A DNA stretch of 63,686 bases, the filler included, from Collodictyon triciliatum (lineage: Eukaryota), in NCBI GenBank assembly GCA_043381765.1. It is 8 parts of 8 records of this genome, joined end to end, with 100 filler letters (N's around TTAATTAATTAA, not from the genome) between each part and the next. Parts side by side here need not be neighbours in the genome. Positions count along the whole stretch, not along the records: positions 8,824 to 17,541 come from JBHJMP010003314.1; positions 17,642 to 26,421 come from JBHJMP010003315.1; 6 more parts are not named here. One strand, 5' to 3'. The notes beneath the pieces are model-generated. The model was not told the DNA's origin. It saw nothing but the letters and a program-made list of their open reading frames with translations, and made no database searches. Numbering within the stretch: position 1 is the first letter of the stretch; every line of letters starts with the position of its first letter. Of this stretch, positions 12,191-26,211 are shown piece by piece. Made by a program: the position numbers and the translations under genes.

Positions 12191-15100
12191 CTATGCGTTT
12201 GCCGAGGCCATAGAAATGAGGCGCTTGAGCTGCTCATTTTCCTCGCGCACAGCTTTGAGGTCCTCCGTGATGCGTCCCATGTTGAGTGCTGTTGTGATTG
12301 GGGTGAATATTCTGGGGAGTAGTGAATCCAGCTTGGTATAGATGTATAATAATAGAAAAAGAAAAAACAAAAAAACAAAAAACAAAAAAAACAAAAAAAA
12401 CAGAAAAAAACAGAAAAAAAGAAGAAGAAAGGCGGGATGGTTGCCTGTGTTGCGAGATGTAAGCTGCTCGATCTGTGCCTCAAGGTCGCGTGATTGGTTG
12501 GAAACGCTGCCGATCTCACGAATAGTGTCGGTAACACGGCCGAATTCCTGTACGCATTTGAATGAGTTATAGACGAGAGTTGTGTATGGATGGTTTCGTA
12601 TGTGTATGTGTGCGTCACTTACTTCGTGAATGCTGGTCACGAGTCGATACACCGGCTTGACAGATGGGTCCTTCTTCGCCTCCTATAGAAAAGACCCACA
12701 TTTTTAGTTGAAAGGCAGAACCACCTAAATAATGGAAGGTGTATCTATCGCATAGCGACTTCAAGATAAGAATTCATTTATTAATTTATTCTTCAGGCGA
12801 CACAGATATAAGGAGTAGGTATAATTGATTTTGAAACAAACAGAAATGAGGCAATAATAATAATAATAATCGAAATGGAATGAATAAGACAAGTGAAATC
12901 AATAAAAGCTTCGTGGCAGGTATTTCGTAATCATATGGAATGGAACCTTAAAAACAAGCTCGTCAGTGGCTATGAATGTGCGGCCGAGTGTTTCAGTGAC
13001 GTTGTTGATTTCTTTCTGGAGGGCACGGGTGTCCAGAAGAATCTGTTTCATATTATGAGTCATATCTTATAACTTGGAATTGGATAGCTCATCGTCGTTA
13101 TTCATGAGTCATATCTTGCTTTGATAGTCACCGTCAAGGGTTTATACAAGCAAATGTCCCCATATACACAAGTTCTCTTTTATGATATATTTTCATGCTG
13201 AATTGGTTTGGATATTCGCGTTTTCTGTTATTTTACAAATTGGGAGGTTATATAAAGTTAATATTGAAACCTTGTCAATATCAACTTTTTGCTTGCGAAC
13301 ATTTTTGATGGAATCAAGAATACGGCGTGTGTAGACAGAGCGATTGATCTAGTGTGTTTGTTTCGTTATTTTACAATTTCAAAGAATGTATCACGTCTTG
13401 GATAGTTTTACAATTAAACCGCAAATACCTAGATACGAAAATGAGAAAAAGAGATAGAATATAGGAACTAATCAAACATGCTATGAATTTGTAAATGTAT
13501 GTGAAAAGTCCTCGTTTGAACTATATTTTACATCTTTGGGGAGCTTGCTAAACTCTTCCATGAGTTGTTTGTATCTAGCGTCTTTATCTCGGATTTCAGC
13601 CGCCATCTTTTGAATCTCACCACGTATCTCTTTGATTCGCTCCATTTTGACTTTAATGCCGCTCTAATGAGTACAATATCATCAGCGTCTTCCGTAACTG
13701 AAGCCTCTTTCTTCTCTTATTATTTTTTTTTATCAACATGAATAATAAATCAGAGAATGTGTCAACTAACCTTTTTTCCGCTCTTGTCCTCCTTCAATAC
13801 ACGAATACGTTCAACAAGAGGTGCTTGTTGGTTTAATAATGACGATTAATTTTGATTGAACGATTTGAAGCTACTTGTATGCTAGTCTGCATTCTTATTT
13901 TAAGAGAGATTCTACAAATTTAAAATACAAGACAACTATCCCTAATTACTTTTGTAAACTACAATAACTACTTTGATAAATGAATAAAATAGTTGAAATC
14001 TTAGAATACCGCGGTGCTCTTCCCATTGTTGCGCTAGATCGAAGAGACGTTGAGCGGAGGCATTACTGATTTTACGCAGCTGCAAATACGCAATTATTTT
14101 GTTAACATATCATAGTACCAAAAAAATTTGATGACCTTATGTTTGTGTATCTGTTTTGTTTTTGTTTTTGTTTTTGTTTTTGTTTTTGTTTTTGTTTTTG
14201 TTTTTGTTTTTGTTTTTGTTTTTGTTTTTGTTTTTGTTTTTGTTTTTGTTTTGTACACTTACCTCTGCAAGGTTTTTCTGGGCCTCAGGAAGCAAATCAA
14301 GAATCTTTCTCTTGAGGCGGCATTCCTCAGTAAGCTTTTCGGTCTTGGCTTCTTCCTCTTTAATTTTGAGCTCCAACTACATGAATTACCAAAGGCTTAT
14401 CAAAAATTATAATTCACAAATGTAATTAATTTGATGCACGTTTAATTTTCCTATAAATCAAATATTCCTATAACATGAAAAATACGAATATTGTGGTTTG
14501 AATAAATGAAACAATATATAAATATATCTATCAAATAAATCATGCCTGGCCAATATTTCCGATGATGGATTGGCTTCCAGACTCAAGCTTTTGGATCTCA
14601 CCCAATACTCCGCCGATTCGAGACCGAAGTGCTTCCACCTCCTCTTCGCGGCGTCTCTACGAAATGTATTTTTGGGTTGCTCATCAGAAGTATTAAGAGC
14701 TGTAATTTTGTGATATCATTTATCAAAATACTAAAAATGAATATATATAATTATTCATCATCATGAATGGATACGGCTCAATACTATTGGGATGTTTATG
14801 TTTAATGATGCTAAAAAGTTAATCACACAATCAAAACTGAAGAAAAGCATTCAAATTCCTTCTGAAAGAGCTATTACCTTCTCCATTTCGGCAATCTGTT
14901 CGGGAGTGAGCTGTGGTCCCTTCTCTTCGGCTGGGGTGTCCTCTTGCTTGACAGGAACGTTTGCCGGGAGCGCTTTTTCATTTCCAAAGTCAGTTTGATG
15001 TGTAAATCGGGTTCCTTTAACCTTGGGGCCATCTGCAATATGATATTTATATATTACCAACAATATTGATTCAACGGTGGCGGTCGATATGTGTAAAGAT

Positions 15101-17370
15101 TTACAATTCTTATCACTTACAAAGGGAAACTATTTTAAAATGATGATAACAAACCATATGTGGAGAAGCTACCCATGATACTCTCAAACGAATAGTCTGT
15201 CACTAACTGTGACCCAGATATCTCGACCCCATCCTGATATGTTAGAAAGGAGGATATAACATATAAAGTTTTTACTTCTACTTTAAAACCAATTTCGAGA
15301 TTAAATTATGATGGAAGTGTAGATAAACCGAGGAAACTGCTTTGGCGCTTAAAAAATTCCCACATTTGAACTCAAAATAGCAGTCTTGAGAATCTCAGCC
15401 GTGGTCTTTTGAGCATTTTGGCGCTTTCGTTTGTAGTATTCCTTGATATATATCATTATTACTATTTTTAAGAATAAGAACAATTCAACTATATTTCTTT
15501 CATTTGATTCAACGGGCGACTTAAAATCCAATCGAGCTTATTTCAGGTGAATTTTTTTATTTTTTTTAAAAAAAAAAACCGCGCTGCTCAGTCCACTATC
15601 AGATCCAATTGTTTGCCATTCATTCTCCAGCTCCCAAAAAGCAGCATATCTCGAGGAATTGTCCTGAATGATACTCGCCACTGTTTTTGAAATACCATAA
15701 GGAATGTTAGGAACCCCAAATAAATTGCCATTTTAATTCAACCTAAATATCGATAGAATGGTATTATATTTCATTGTGGTTTTTGCTTCTAATTGTTGAG
15801 ATAAAAAAAGAACAAACAATGGTCGTTCTTCTTGGATGGCTGGGCGGTAGTCAAAGAAAGGTGACTTTTGCAGTAGTTTAACTCCTCTGTTTGAGAGGTA
15901 AAATAAAAATTAATAAATATGCCTTATTTAAAAGGAAACTATTGTTGAGAGAGAGGGGAAATAATTGGATAAGTATAGCAATGAAAGTTATTACACCGTT
16001 CTTTATTTGTACGATAAATAGCTTTCTTTTTTTAAAAGAAAATGAAAAAGAGAGGCCATAAAGTATTTTATTTATAGCTGTGCTGATGGTGAGTAAAGTT
16101 TCATGGAAGGACTGAACATAGAAAGAATAAGCACCCTTTGTCTTATCACGTGTTGTAGGATAACGAATCGAAGAGGAGTGAAAGCCATTGAGACCACGTC
16201 CTCCGATTGGCTGAGCTCCAGCTGTCAGATTCACGAATCCTGACGGATAAAAGGCACGGTGGACATAGGTGCGAGTACTCCATTCCTTCAGTTCTGACTG
16301 AATCGCGCGTTGGCGAATAGCCTCGGGACCTGTACGACTCCAACCATTAAAAAAGGAAATAATATGGGAAAGGACTAAGATGGTGCGATAAATAAAGGTA
16401 TGTATCACAAGGTATCAATATTCGCTGTCGTTCTTTTCTTTGGGATGGGGATTAATACAGGAAGATAGAGAAAGAGATGTATGGTAAAGGATGTACCAAA
16501 TTGCTCTACATCAGCGATAACGTCATTTGTTGGCAAAGCCTCGACCAAAAACATCATCAGGTTGCGGACGTCCTTTTCGTTGGGGTAAAGGAAGCTTTGA
16601 TAGCCAATCTCTCCATTGTACCCCATTTCCTGGGATGATAATACATGGAGCAAGAAAGAAGGAGAAGAAAAAAGTTTGAAATGCACTTTCAGAAGTGTAT
16701 ATTGTACAAAAGGTAAAGACGTATAATGCACGTATAGTATACCATTATGCAGCAAGAAAAAGGTTTAATTAAATTATGTGATGGAGATTTGGTAACCTGC
16801 AAGCAGGCAGCTATATTTCCGCAAACACGAAACTTTCCCGACATTTCTTTGGGGAGTTTATCAGGGAAAACCTTGGATATAAATGATAGAATGATTTTCA
16901 CCGCACATAAAGAGATATTATCGCGGTTGAAGAGAAATTAACCCCTGCTTTAACAAGGGTTTGAAATTGCATGTTATATGTAAGGCATGGGTATATATAG
17001 GTCTGTGTATTTGGACAAGAAATAACGTGATGAAAAGATGAAAAAGATCTAAAGGAAAAAAATAGCGTTCAGAAGATGGAAATAAAAGGGTACCTTCTGG
17101 GCGTCGATGGCACGGATGCAACGAGAACATATGTGAACCAGGGTATCTGTGTCAAAGTCGGAGACTGACTTGATCTTTTGATCGAGTTCACTGCAGGTAA
17201 GGTAGTACGGGTATCAAAGTCAGAGGGGAAATAAAAGGGAGTTTGTGAACTGCTTGGTAGATGTAGTATACTATATGTGTTTGATCTCAAAGAGCGAATA
17301 TTGCTTCGAGAATAACTAACCAGCCAGCCTGGCGAACAGCAAGAAGGATGATCTGGTCGATCTCTTCCAT
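12191..17370 (-). CDS. CCDC22: Coiled-coil domain-containing protein 22 (CCC/Commander complex), about 20 exons, complete
   Basis: N-terminus MEEIDQIILLAVRQAGC, MGYNGEIGYQSFLYPNE, C-terminal NRSVYTRRILDSIKNVRKQKVDIDKILLDTRALQKEIN and RITEDLKAVREEN. Confidence 0.93.
14154..14252. repeat. (TTTTTG)n intronic microsatellite
   Basis: Visible tandem array; explains the FV and KN repeat ORFs. Confidence 0.95.
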
Positions 17371-17754
17371 GATTTTCCTGACTTGTTGACGGAAGGTCTT
17401 ATGTTGGTTTTTTTTAATTTTTTGGTTTTTTTTGGTTTTTTTTGGTTTTTTTTGTTTTTTGTTTTTTGTTTTTTGTTTTTTGTTTATTGTTTATTGTTTT
17501 TTGTTTATTGTTTTTTGTTTTTTGTTTATTGTTTTTTGTTTNNNNNNNNNNNNNNNNNNNNNNNNNNNNNNNNNNNNNNNNNNNNTTAATTAATTAANNN
17601 NNNNNNNNNNNNNNNNNNNNNNNNNNNNNNNNNNNNNNNNNGATTTTGATTTTGATTTTGATTTTGATTTTGATTTTGATTTTGATTTTGATTTTGATTT
17701 TGATTTTGATTTTGATTTTGATTTTGATTTTGATTTTCACTCATGATTACATAG

Positions 17755-18565
17755 GCACGAAAGGGCACTGGAGTACTATCATAAAGACCTCGAAATTATG
17801 CTGAAAATTTTTGGGGAAATGCACCCTGATGTAGCAATGTCGTATAACAATATTGGCGGTGTTTACGATGAACTCGGAAAGTATGTTCCACATAGTTCTC
17901 CAAACTCACTCCCCAATATATATAAATATTAGTTCTTTTTGTAGCTATGAAAAAGCTCTCGAGTACTACCAAAAGTCTGTCGACATTAGAGTAGATATTT
18001 TTGGAGAAATGCATCCCGATATTGCGACATCTTACGTGGGATTAGGGCTAGTGTACAAAAACCTTGGAAAGTAACTTTTACCTTACATGTGTTCTTTTAT
18101 TGCAGCCTATTAACTATATCACAGCCATGAAAAAGCACTAGGTTACTACCAAAAGTCAGTGGAGCTAAAAATAAAAGTTTTTGGAGAAATGCATCCCGAT
18201 ATTGCGACGGCTTACAATAATATTGGAGGCGTTTTCGATGAACTCGGGGAGTATGTTTCATCTGATTTTACTTTCATAGCTCTATTGTAATCTGCTTACT
18301 GTTTTATAGCCATGCAAAAGCACTGGAGTACTACCATAAATCGCTTGCAATCCGAGTAGAGGTATTCGGAGAAATGCACCCTGATGTCGGGAACTCATAC
18401 AATAATATTGGTGTTCTTTACGAGACTCAAAAAAAGTATCAAGATGCTATGGATATGTTCCTGAAGGCAAACAAAATATTCGAAACTTATTACCCACCAG
18501 GCCATCCCCACATCGTTCTTTCCGAAAAGAAAATAAGCAGGATGAAAAAGAAGCTAAATCAATAA
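17755..18565 (+). CDS. TPR-repeat protein (42-aa kinesin-light-chain/NPHP3-type TPRs), 3' part
   Basis: Exons 17755-17880, 17945-18070, 18125-18250 and 18310-18565 each encode ALxYYxKxxxxxxxxFGEMHPDxxxxY. Confidence 0.92.
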
Positions 18566-19308
18566 ATCAATAAATCATTATTTTATTAAACATTTTGAGT
18601 TCAACACGGTAACACTTGATGGATGCTATTCAATTTAATTTCAGTTTTATATATTTCCGTCACCAGTAACTCTAAAAAAAGGTTATTAAATACGATATGT
18701 CTCCCACTGGCGAAATAGTGTTCAAAGCTGCTTTGTATGATTTTTTTTGAAGAGAAACCAATGATTTTATATCACACTATCGCAATATAATAATTTTCAT
18801 GATAAAATCGAGGCTTCAAGAAAGTAAATGTGTAAAAAATTAGCTGTTTGCAAATCCTTTTTTTTTTTTTTTTTTGTGCGCTTCGCGTAGCAATCCCCTT
18901 AACAATAGCGGTGCTCTTCTGCATGTATTTTGATGTTATTGCTGCTATCAATCATTTATTGAAGGAAATTGATGCATAATATCCCAAAGTCTCACCGTAG
19001 GGTGTTCCGATGAAAAGCTTGAGATTAGTCGAAAATGCGAGAAGAAAAAGCGAACAAAAGCCTATTATTTTATACAGTAGTAGAGCATCAGAAGTATACG
19101 AAATTAGGATTTTAATCTTAAAAAAGGGGAAAAAGTACCTGAATGACTAATCCTCTCCAGTATCCCCCTCGGACATCTCCTTGAGTTTGCGGAGGCGAGT
19201 AAAATGAATCTTTGATTACGCAAGAAAATAGGCACTTATCACGTTTGCATAACTTTTGGGTCGAGTTTTTCCCCTTCATTCACTCCAACATATTATACAT
19301 GATGAACA

Positions 19309-19495
19309 TATAAAACACACATAAAACACACATAAAACACACATAAAACACACATAAAACACACATAAAACACACATAAAACACACATAAAACACACATA
19401 AAACACACATAAAACACACATAAAACACACATAAAACACACATAAAACACACATAAAACACACATAAAACACACATAAAACACACATAAAACACA
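19309..19495. repeat. 11-bp minisatellite (CATAAAACACA)n just upstream of the KATNIP ATG
   Basis: About 17 perfect copies visible. Confidence 0.95.
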
Positions 19496-19548
19496 CTACA
19501 AAAACAAACTGAGGACGTTGATTGCACAGGCTTCATAAAGCGCTGCAG

Positions 19549-19937
19549 ATGAGTCGCCAAGCGCAACACAAAGAGGGCCTCGCTCTGAAGAACGCTGAGG
19601 ACTACCTCCAACTAATTGAAGAACGGAATAGGTTTTTTGCCCTGTTTGCCGCGTATCACTTTCCTTTCACTGTTTTTTTTCGTACCAGAATATGTTTCCT
19701 TGCTTCTGTGCGAAATCATAAGAGGCTTTATAAGGTGCTATGCTGATCAGCTTTTCCGGTAAACAGGTTGCTCTCAAAAATAAAAAAGAGAGAAGACGAA
19801 CGGAAACAAAAACTCGGTGAGAGGGAAAAATCCGGGGCCGCCTCTGCTCGGTCGAACTCAACCGATCCTTCATCTGCTCGCAGATCCTCTATGACTCGAG
19901 AAAATCCACTCACACGTATAAAAATAAATAACTATTG

Positions 19938-19998
<61 letters not shown>

Positions 19999-22900
19999 AA
20001 CCATAACTATTACTATCATTATATTTTTTGTCGACAGTTTCTGCTTGTTTTTCTTATTGAATTTTGTGTTTTGGTTTCATTCTGAATATGGCCTCTTCCT
20101 TTTCCTCTCTTATCTTAGTTCCTTTTTTCTTTTTTTTTCTATAAAAAACATATATATATATATTTACTTTTCCATCGAAAACAACATTGTTTTACAGTCG
20201 GTATCATAACCTCATTCGACCACTCGTTTTTATTTTATTCACTCTAATCAGTCATGTACATTGGCCGTTTACATATTCACATATTTATGGTATTAATCCT
20301 AACCTTTTTCTGTACCACCCTCCAGTTTATCCTTGTTCTCCCTCGCTTTTTTGTTGTTTGTTGTCCTTTTTTTTCTTCGTCATTACATCGTATCTAAATC
20401 CTCCCAATATGCAAATATCGAAGCATTTGAAGTATAACCTCTTTCATATTTTATTATCAAAGTCGAACAGCTATATGTTAACAATATCATTCCTAGTGAA
20501 CGCCGCATCCAAACTAAAGCGCGATGCCTCTCCTATGCCTGCAACATCCACAAAATCAGCTGCACCCGTTATTCGTACGGGAAAGACGAGTCTGAGCAGC
20601 GATACTACAAAAGCAAAAAAGAAGGTAGTGAGAATTGACATTTTTATTCGATCAACATTTTCAGGGTCTTGGAATGCAATATGTAACATATATAATCCAT
20701 CACGCAGTATATAGTTGTATGATTTAAGTTTGTAAAATAAGACTTTGAATCGGTTCTCAATATATGTGGCAATAATGATAATAGTAATAAAAAAAAGAAA
20801 GCTTATTATGGAAACAAACATCACGGTTGTTTGTTCGTATTTTTTTTAAGACAAAGCTAAATATGTTCGTTTCTCAATACGAAACAAGTCAATAAATTAA
20901 CCAAAAAAAAAAAAAAAAAAGGAGCCTGTATCCCACACTTCCATCACAGAGCCCAACCAACCGAAAGCAACGTCGGCTCAACTGAACATCGCGTCTTCCA
21001 AAGCCGCTTCCTCGACCGCCTCAACCAGAGCGCCCGCCTCTGGAATTCCGCGCCCTCCATCTCCAAGCCATGCATCCGCAAGCCGCTCTCAAATCCCAAA
21101 GGCTGGAGAAAATCCAAAACAAGCGAAAGATACTCCCCAGCCAGCGCCCCATCAGGGACATGCACTCTCTAAAGACACTTTACAGCACTCAAAGTTATAC
21201 GATAACGATACATTTGACCCTGAAGACGAAATCACAATTGAGGATGCAAAAAATATTCTTCGTCGATCTGTGGCCTTCGCAACGACAGAAATCGAAGAGT
21301 CTATGGCTGGCCTGGCGTTGAGTAATTCAGAATCGTCATCTGATGCAGAAGTTCCCGAAGAATCCATAGCCATGGCTGATTCACTATCAAAGATAGCCAA
21401 GAAGCCATCGACTAACCCCATCACGAAAGATCCAAAACAAAGGCCGTCCAGCCCATCACGAAGGATAGGCCAAGAGACTTCTGGGTTGCCTGCATATTCA
21501 AATATGGACAATGTCTCACTTGCTTCAAATACAGCATCGAAACTGTGTAAGTCTGCTACTTCTTGGGTTGTGCAATCTACTTTGGTTACTAGTTGCCTCT
21601 CATATGAGTCAAAACACTTGAAAAAGGGGCTACAATTTGGTTATATATATATCCACAAAATCATGTAGAATAGAAAAGCAGTTATTATTCATAAAAAAAA
21701 AAAAAAAACAAGAACAAAGTCAATCAAAATTGGGTAGTTGCATACCTCACCAACACGTTTACTTTATGTAAAAATGAATATTAATATATGTTTTGTAGCA
21801 GTTGGTCGTTCTCCTGCAAGGAATGATAAAGAACCGGATAGTCCTGGAAAGATAAAATCTGTATTAGAGGCCATGTCGATGGAAAATGCTAAAGCCAAGG
21901 GAAGTATCACCCGCTCAAACTCTGTCACATCAGACGCATCGACATCAGGATTGTCAAGGCAAAATTCAAAGGCTTTTCGTTTCCCTTCTAACAGTCCAGT
22001 TTCAGATCAGAAGCAAGCGGATTTACCAAGCTCAACAAAAGCTAGTGTGCGACGTACATCACCTTCATCCTCGCCTTCACTAACACTTAATTCTAATAGC
22101 CAGAATGAATCGATTCAGACTATGACAGCCAAGAAGGTATCCCTGAGTTTATCGCCAGTCCATCCATTTTTACCATTGCAGCTAATATAGCATTTCTCCC
22201 GTTTTTTTTTATTCAGTTTTCAATCATAATGCATATTTGGTTAAAAAAAGGTATCCCCTAAAACTCTTAGAAATCGATGAAAGAGTCAATACTTAAACAA
22301 ATGAGTGGACATCTATCGGGACTTGACCCGAAAAAACAGCAATATCTTATGGAGGTATATACTAATTCTCTGCCTTGAACATGATTGCTCACTTATCCAT
22401 ACTACTAATTCTAAAATAAATTTTTACTTGATTTCGTGCTATATTCTTTAATTAAAATGAGAAGCTTGATGTTATTTGATTTTGTGTTTTTTTTATATAA
22501 ATTACAAAAAGTCTAGATAACAACATTTGTTATTCAAATATACATAGATGTTAGATAAACTTGAATATGATGAAACGACCGATTTGGAGTCTACCAAAAA
22601 TCTGGACAGCACATTCATGTCGATGTTTCTAAAGCTTGTTTACCAGGTGAAGTTTTCTAATCCTGGCCCGTCATTCTAATAATTATGAACCACGATTGTA
22701 TAAACTGTATTCCTTTGGATGAGAATGGACCTGCTTATCTGAGCGCTTATTAATTTAGCAATTTGTAATATTTTTAGGAAGAAAGTTCTGCACATCCCTC
22801 GTCAGGCGCTCGAATGTCGCCTCAAATGCCCAAAGCTTCGCCACTTTCTAACCGCGCCAGACCACGTACCATCTCATGTCACATCTTCATTTTCCAAATG

Positions 22901-25900
22901 TGCTCCACATGGGGTCATCGCGGAATGATTGGGTTGACTGAGGTGCCTATTCTTTTCGTGAATCTATATTATGCGCTGCTTTTGTATGCACGTACTTATA
23001 CCCTTTTACACATTGAACAACCTTGCTGAAAAAACCATTACATATTTCACATTGCATAGATTGATTTTTATGATGACGATGGAGTTATTCCGCTTGAGGA
23101 GAACGATTTGAAAGTAATTGGCCCAAATGTCTCAAAAAGCCCTCTTGCTCGAGTTATTGATGGAAAGGCGCAGGTAAATTTATAATTCTTCATGATTACA
23201 GACACTTGTTATTCTTCCATTTTCATAGCAGAATTGAAATATAATTTTGCTGAAGATATTACTGTTCAACAATTATTTGTTTCAAGTTGGGAAGTACGAA
23301 AAACGAACTTTTCTTGACCTATTGTCAAACTAAACTAGACTGTCAACGAGCGGCACATGTGGACATACATGGTTGGCGGAGAAGGAAAACGGCTAGATTT
23401 GGAAGTTAAAGTTGAATCTGTGTCTGTGAACTTTATTAAAATATGGAATTACAATAAGAGTGTTGGGGTGGGTTCATTTATCAGATATAAAAAAATATCA
23501 AGTTAACTGAAGGAAGAATAAAATCAAAAATTATTATGTACTCAGCATTAATGTGTGTTTGTTGTGACAGTAACTATAATCAAATAATTTATCTTAAATA
23601 GAAGGATAAAATTAACCGAGAACAACAAATACAAAATTAAATGAATCGTAATTTTATTTTATTTTTAATAAAAAAAAATTCCACTACTTTAGGATGCCAT
23701 CAAAGGAGTGCGCGAAATGAAGGTATTTTACAACAACAAGAAAATTTGGGAGGGAGAAGTCCAGAAAGGACCGGGCGTTGATTCAGTAGACTTTTCGACC
23801 ACCATCAACCAACCGGAAAATGGATGGAACGACGGAGGCGAAGAATACGAGCCTGTCCCTGAAGAATTGTCCACTACACCCAGGTCGATGAGTAATCAAA
23901 ATGGAGAGGAGCTATCAAAGACTCCGCCCACGGCACAAAGTCAGCCGCAGTCCACCCGAAATTCTACAGCTCGGTATATATCTACGCCAGGCTCTGCTAG
24001 AAAGCTCCACGCATCGCGCACCCTCGACTTTATTGATGATGCAAACGCCAGACAAGATGATGGCGACCTCAATTCAGAGGCAATTGAACCCAAGCGTAGT
24101 GCAAATACCCGGAAAGGTAAAAGCTCTGTGCCAGAATGGTTAGACTCTACACCAGATTCCAGCCAACCAAAAGCCCGTTCGAAAGATGTGAAGGACTCGT
24201 CATCAGCGAGGAAGTATACTAAACGACGACCTTGTGTTCTAATATAATCATCACTATGATATCCTTTTTTTCATTTTTTTTTTAAAAAAATAATTATAAT
24301 CAGTTTATGAATTACCTATACAAATAATTAAAGATGTGACACGATGGTAATTTTATAACTGAAACAGAATAGATCTTGATGGAGGCGCTACCCCATCATG
24401 GCTTTCTGGTTTGTTGAAATCGCTTCGATAATTCTAACAAAAGTCGTATTTGTAATATAAAAAAATCAAACTCATTAAATGAACAGCATTTGTTGTGGAA
24501 GAAAGAAAACCAGTTAAAAGCAAATAAATGAATAAAAGAAAGAAAACGAGAAAAAAAACAGTAAAGAAGGAAAGTAATAAGAAAATAAATAAATGAATGA
24601 ATGTATAATTCGAGCCTCGAAGCTAAATGAGTGCGCCAACGAATAAAAATCAATATTCCAGACCAAAGCCCAGCAATCGGAGGAGCAAGCAAACGTCTCA
24701 GCCGCAGCTCATCCACCGGTCGTGAAAGAGGCTTAGGAAACGACAACTCCTCAAACAGTTCGCCACTCACATCTTCGGATCCATCACCTGTTGAAGCACC
24801 GAATCAACCCACCATCGCCTCTAAAGGCAGGAGAGCCATGGCTTCGGCAAAAGTTTTGATTCCAGAGTCTAGATCTCCTGTACCAGAGTTTGGGGAGGAG
24901 CCACAAGTTTTAAAGAAGCAAGAGATAATAATAGAGAAAGTGCCGCTACAAACGGAAGAGGTGTTGGATTCTCTTGCTGCATTTTCGATGAAACAATCAG
25001 GGAGACTCGGCAACGCCAAAGAAAAACCAGAGGGTAAGTTCCAATCGATAAATGGTTATATTTTTTTCATAATTTTACCTTGGATAATTTATCTGTCATT
25101 TTATTTGTTTTATTTTCGTGTTTTCATTCGCTGAATCTCGCCTGCACCTTGAATACTTAGATGCCAAACTGGACGATTTCTTACAATCATTCGGACCATC
25201 TGGGTTTACCAACATAACAGCCATGTTTTCTAACGTCGGTCAGGCACAACCATCTGCAGATTTAAATCTAGAGAGTTCGTTGGTTATGATGCGGAATTCT
25301 TTTAATCTTACCGGACTATTAGGAAACAAGCTACACTTTGGGTACTGAGTCCTTTATTATTGCAGACAAAAAGTAAATAATGATAATGATAATAACAATT
25401 ATATAAATGATAATAACAATAATAATATCAACAATTTAAAGTGAAAGTGATGTAGAATTCGCTATATTTTTTCCCTTTATTCGATTAAGAATTCGATCTA
25501 TTAATCCTTTCGGATGCGGGAGAAATTAGACTGATGAAGATATTATTTAAATTTATTTTAATTTTCTCGAAAATCCAAAAAAATTTTGTTAGCAAGCTTT
25601 CTTTTTTATTTTTTCTTTTTAATCATTATACATAAACCAACACGTTTTATAGACATAAGCCGTTCGAGATTCCTTTTCTACCGTCTGGACGAAAAATGTC
25701 AATCGAGATTACATCCACTTGGGGTGATAAGTATTATGTTGGCCTGAGTGGGATTGACATGTTTGATGCATCTGGGAAACCCATCCGTGTATCTTCTAGT
25801 ATAAAAAAGGTTCAATAATTCGTTAAAGAGCTTGCATACCCTCTCTAGTCTTATATAATATCAACGCAAACAGTTAACTACTCCATCATACTTGAAGTGT

Positions 25901-26211
25901 CTCTTTATTTTCGAATCTTGCTATATACTTATTTTTTTTCTTTATATCTCCGCATGGCTAGTGTGTGATAACTAAGCTCTCTTTTCCTTTCTTTTCCCGC
26001 ACTTTTCCATTAGATACGAGCTGACCCACCAGACATAAATATCCTCCCCGAGTTTATCAACGATCCTAGAACAGTTGACAAGCTTTTCGATGGAGTAAAT
26101 TGTACCTGCGATGATATGCATATGTGGCTTGCACCATTCACAGAAGGTCGATCAAATATCATATACATCGACTTTCAGGATACATTGACTCTTTCGATGC
26201 TCCGATTTTGG
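19549..26211 (+). CDS. KATNIP: Katanin-interacting protein (KIAA0556, DUF4457 repeats), 3' truncated by contig end
   Basis: N-terminal DYLQLIEERNRLL; repeated domain motifs STWGHRGMIGLTEI, IKIWNYNKS, STWGDKYYVGLSGIDMFD, ADPPDINILPEFINDPRTVDKLFDGVNCTCDDMHMWLAPF. Confidence 0.9.

Noticed and set aside
12289-12622. Stop-free 3n introns (two in CCDC22, others in POLD1, RsfS and the forkhead gene)
   Set aside because: About six among roughly 120 introns is not clearly above chance, and nothing shows retention.
19309-19495. Regular repeat array as a possible CRISPR
   Set aside because: Head-to-tail 11-mer with no spacers, in a eukaryotic context.
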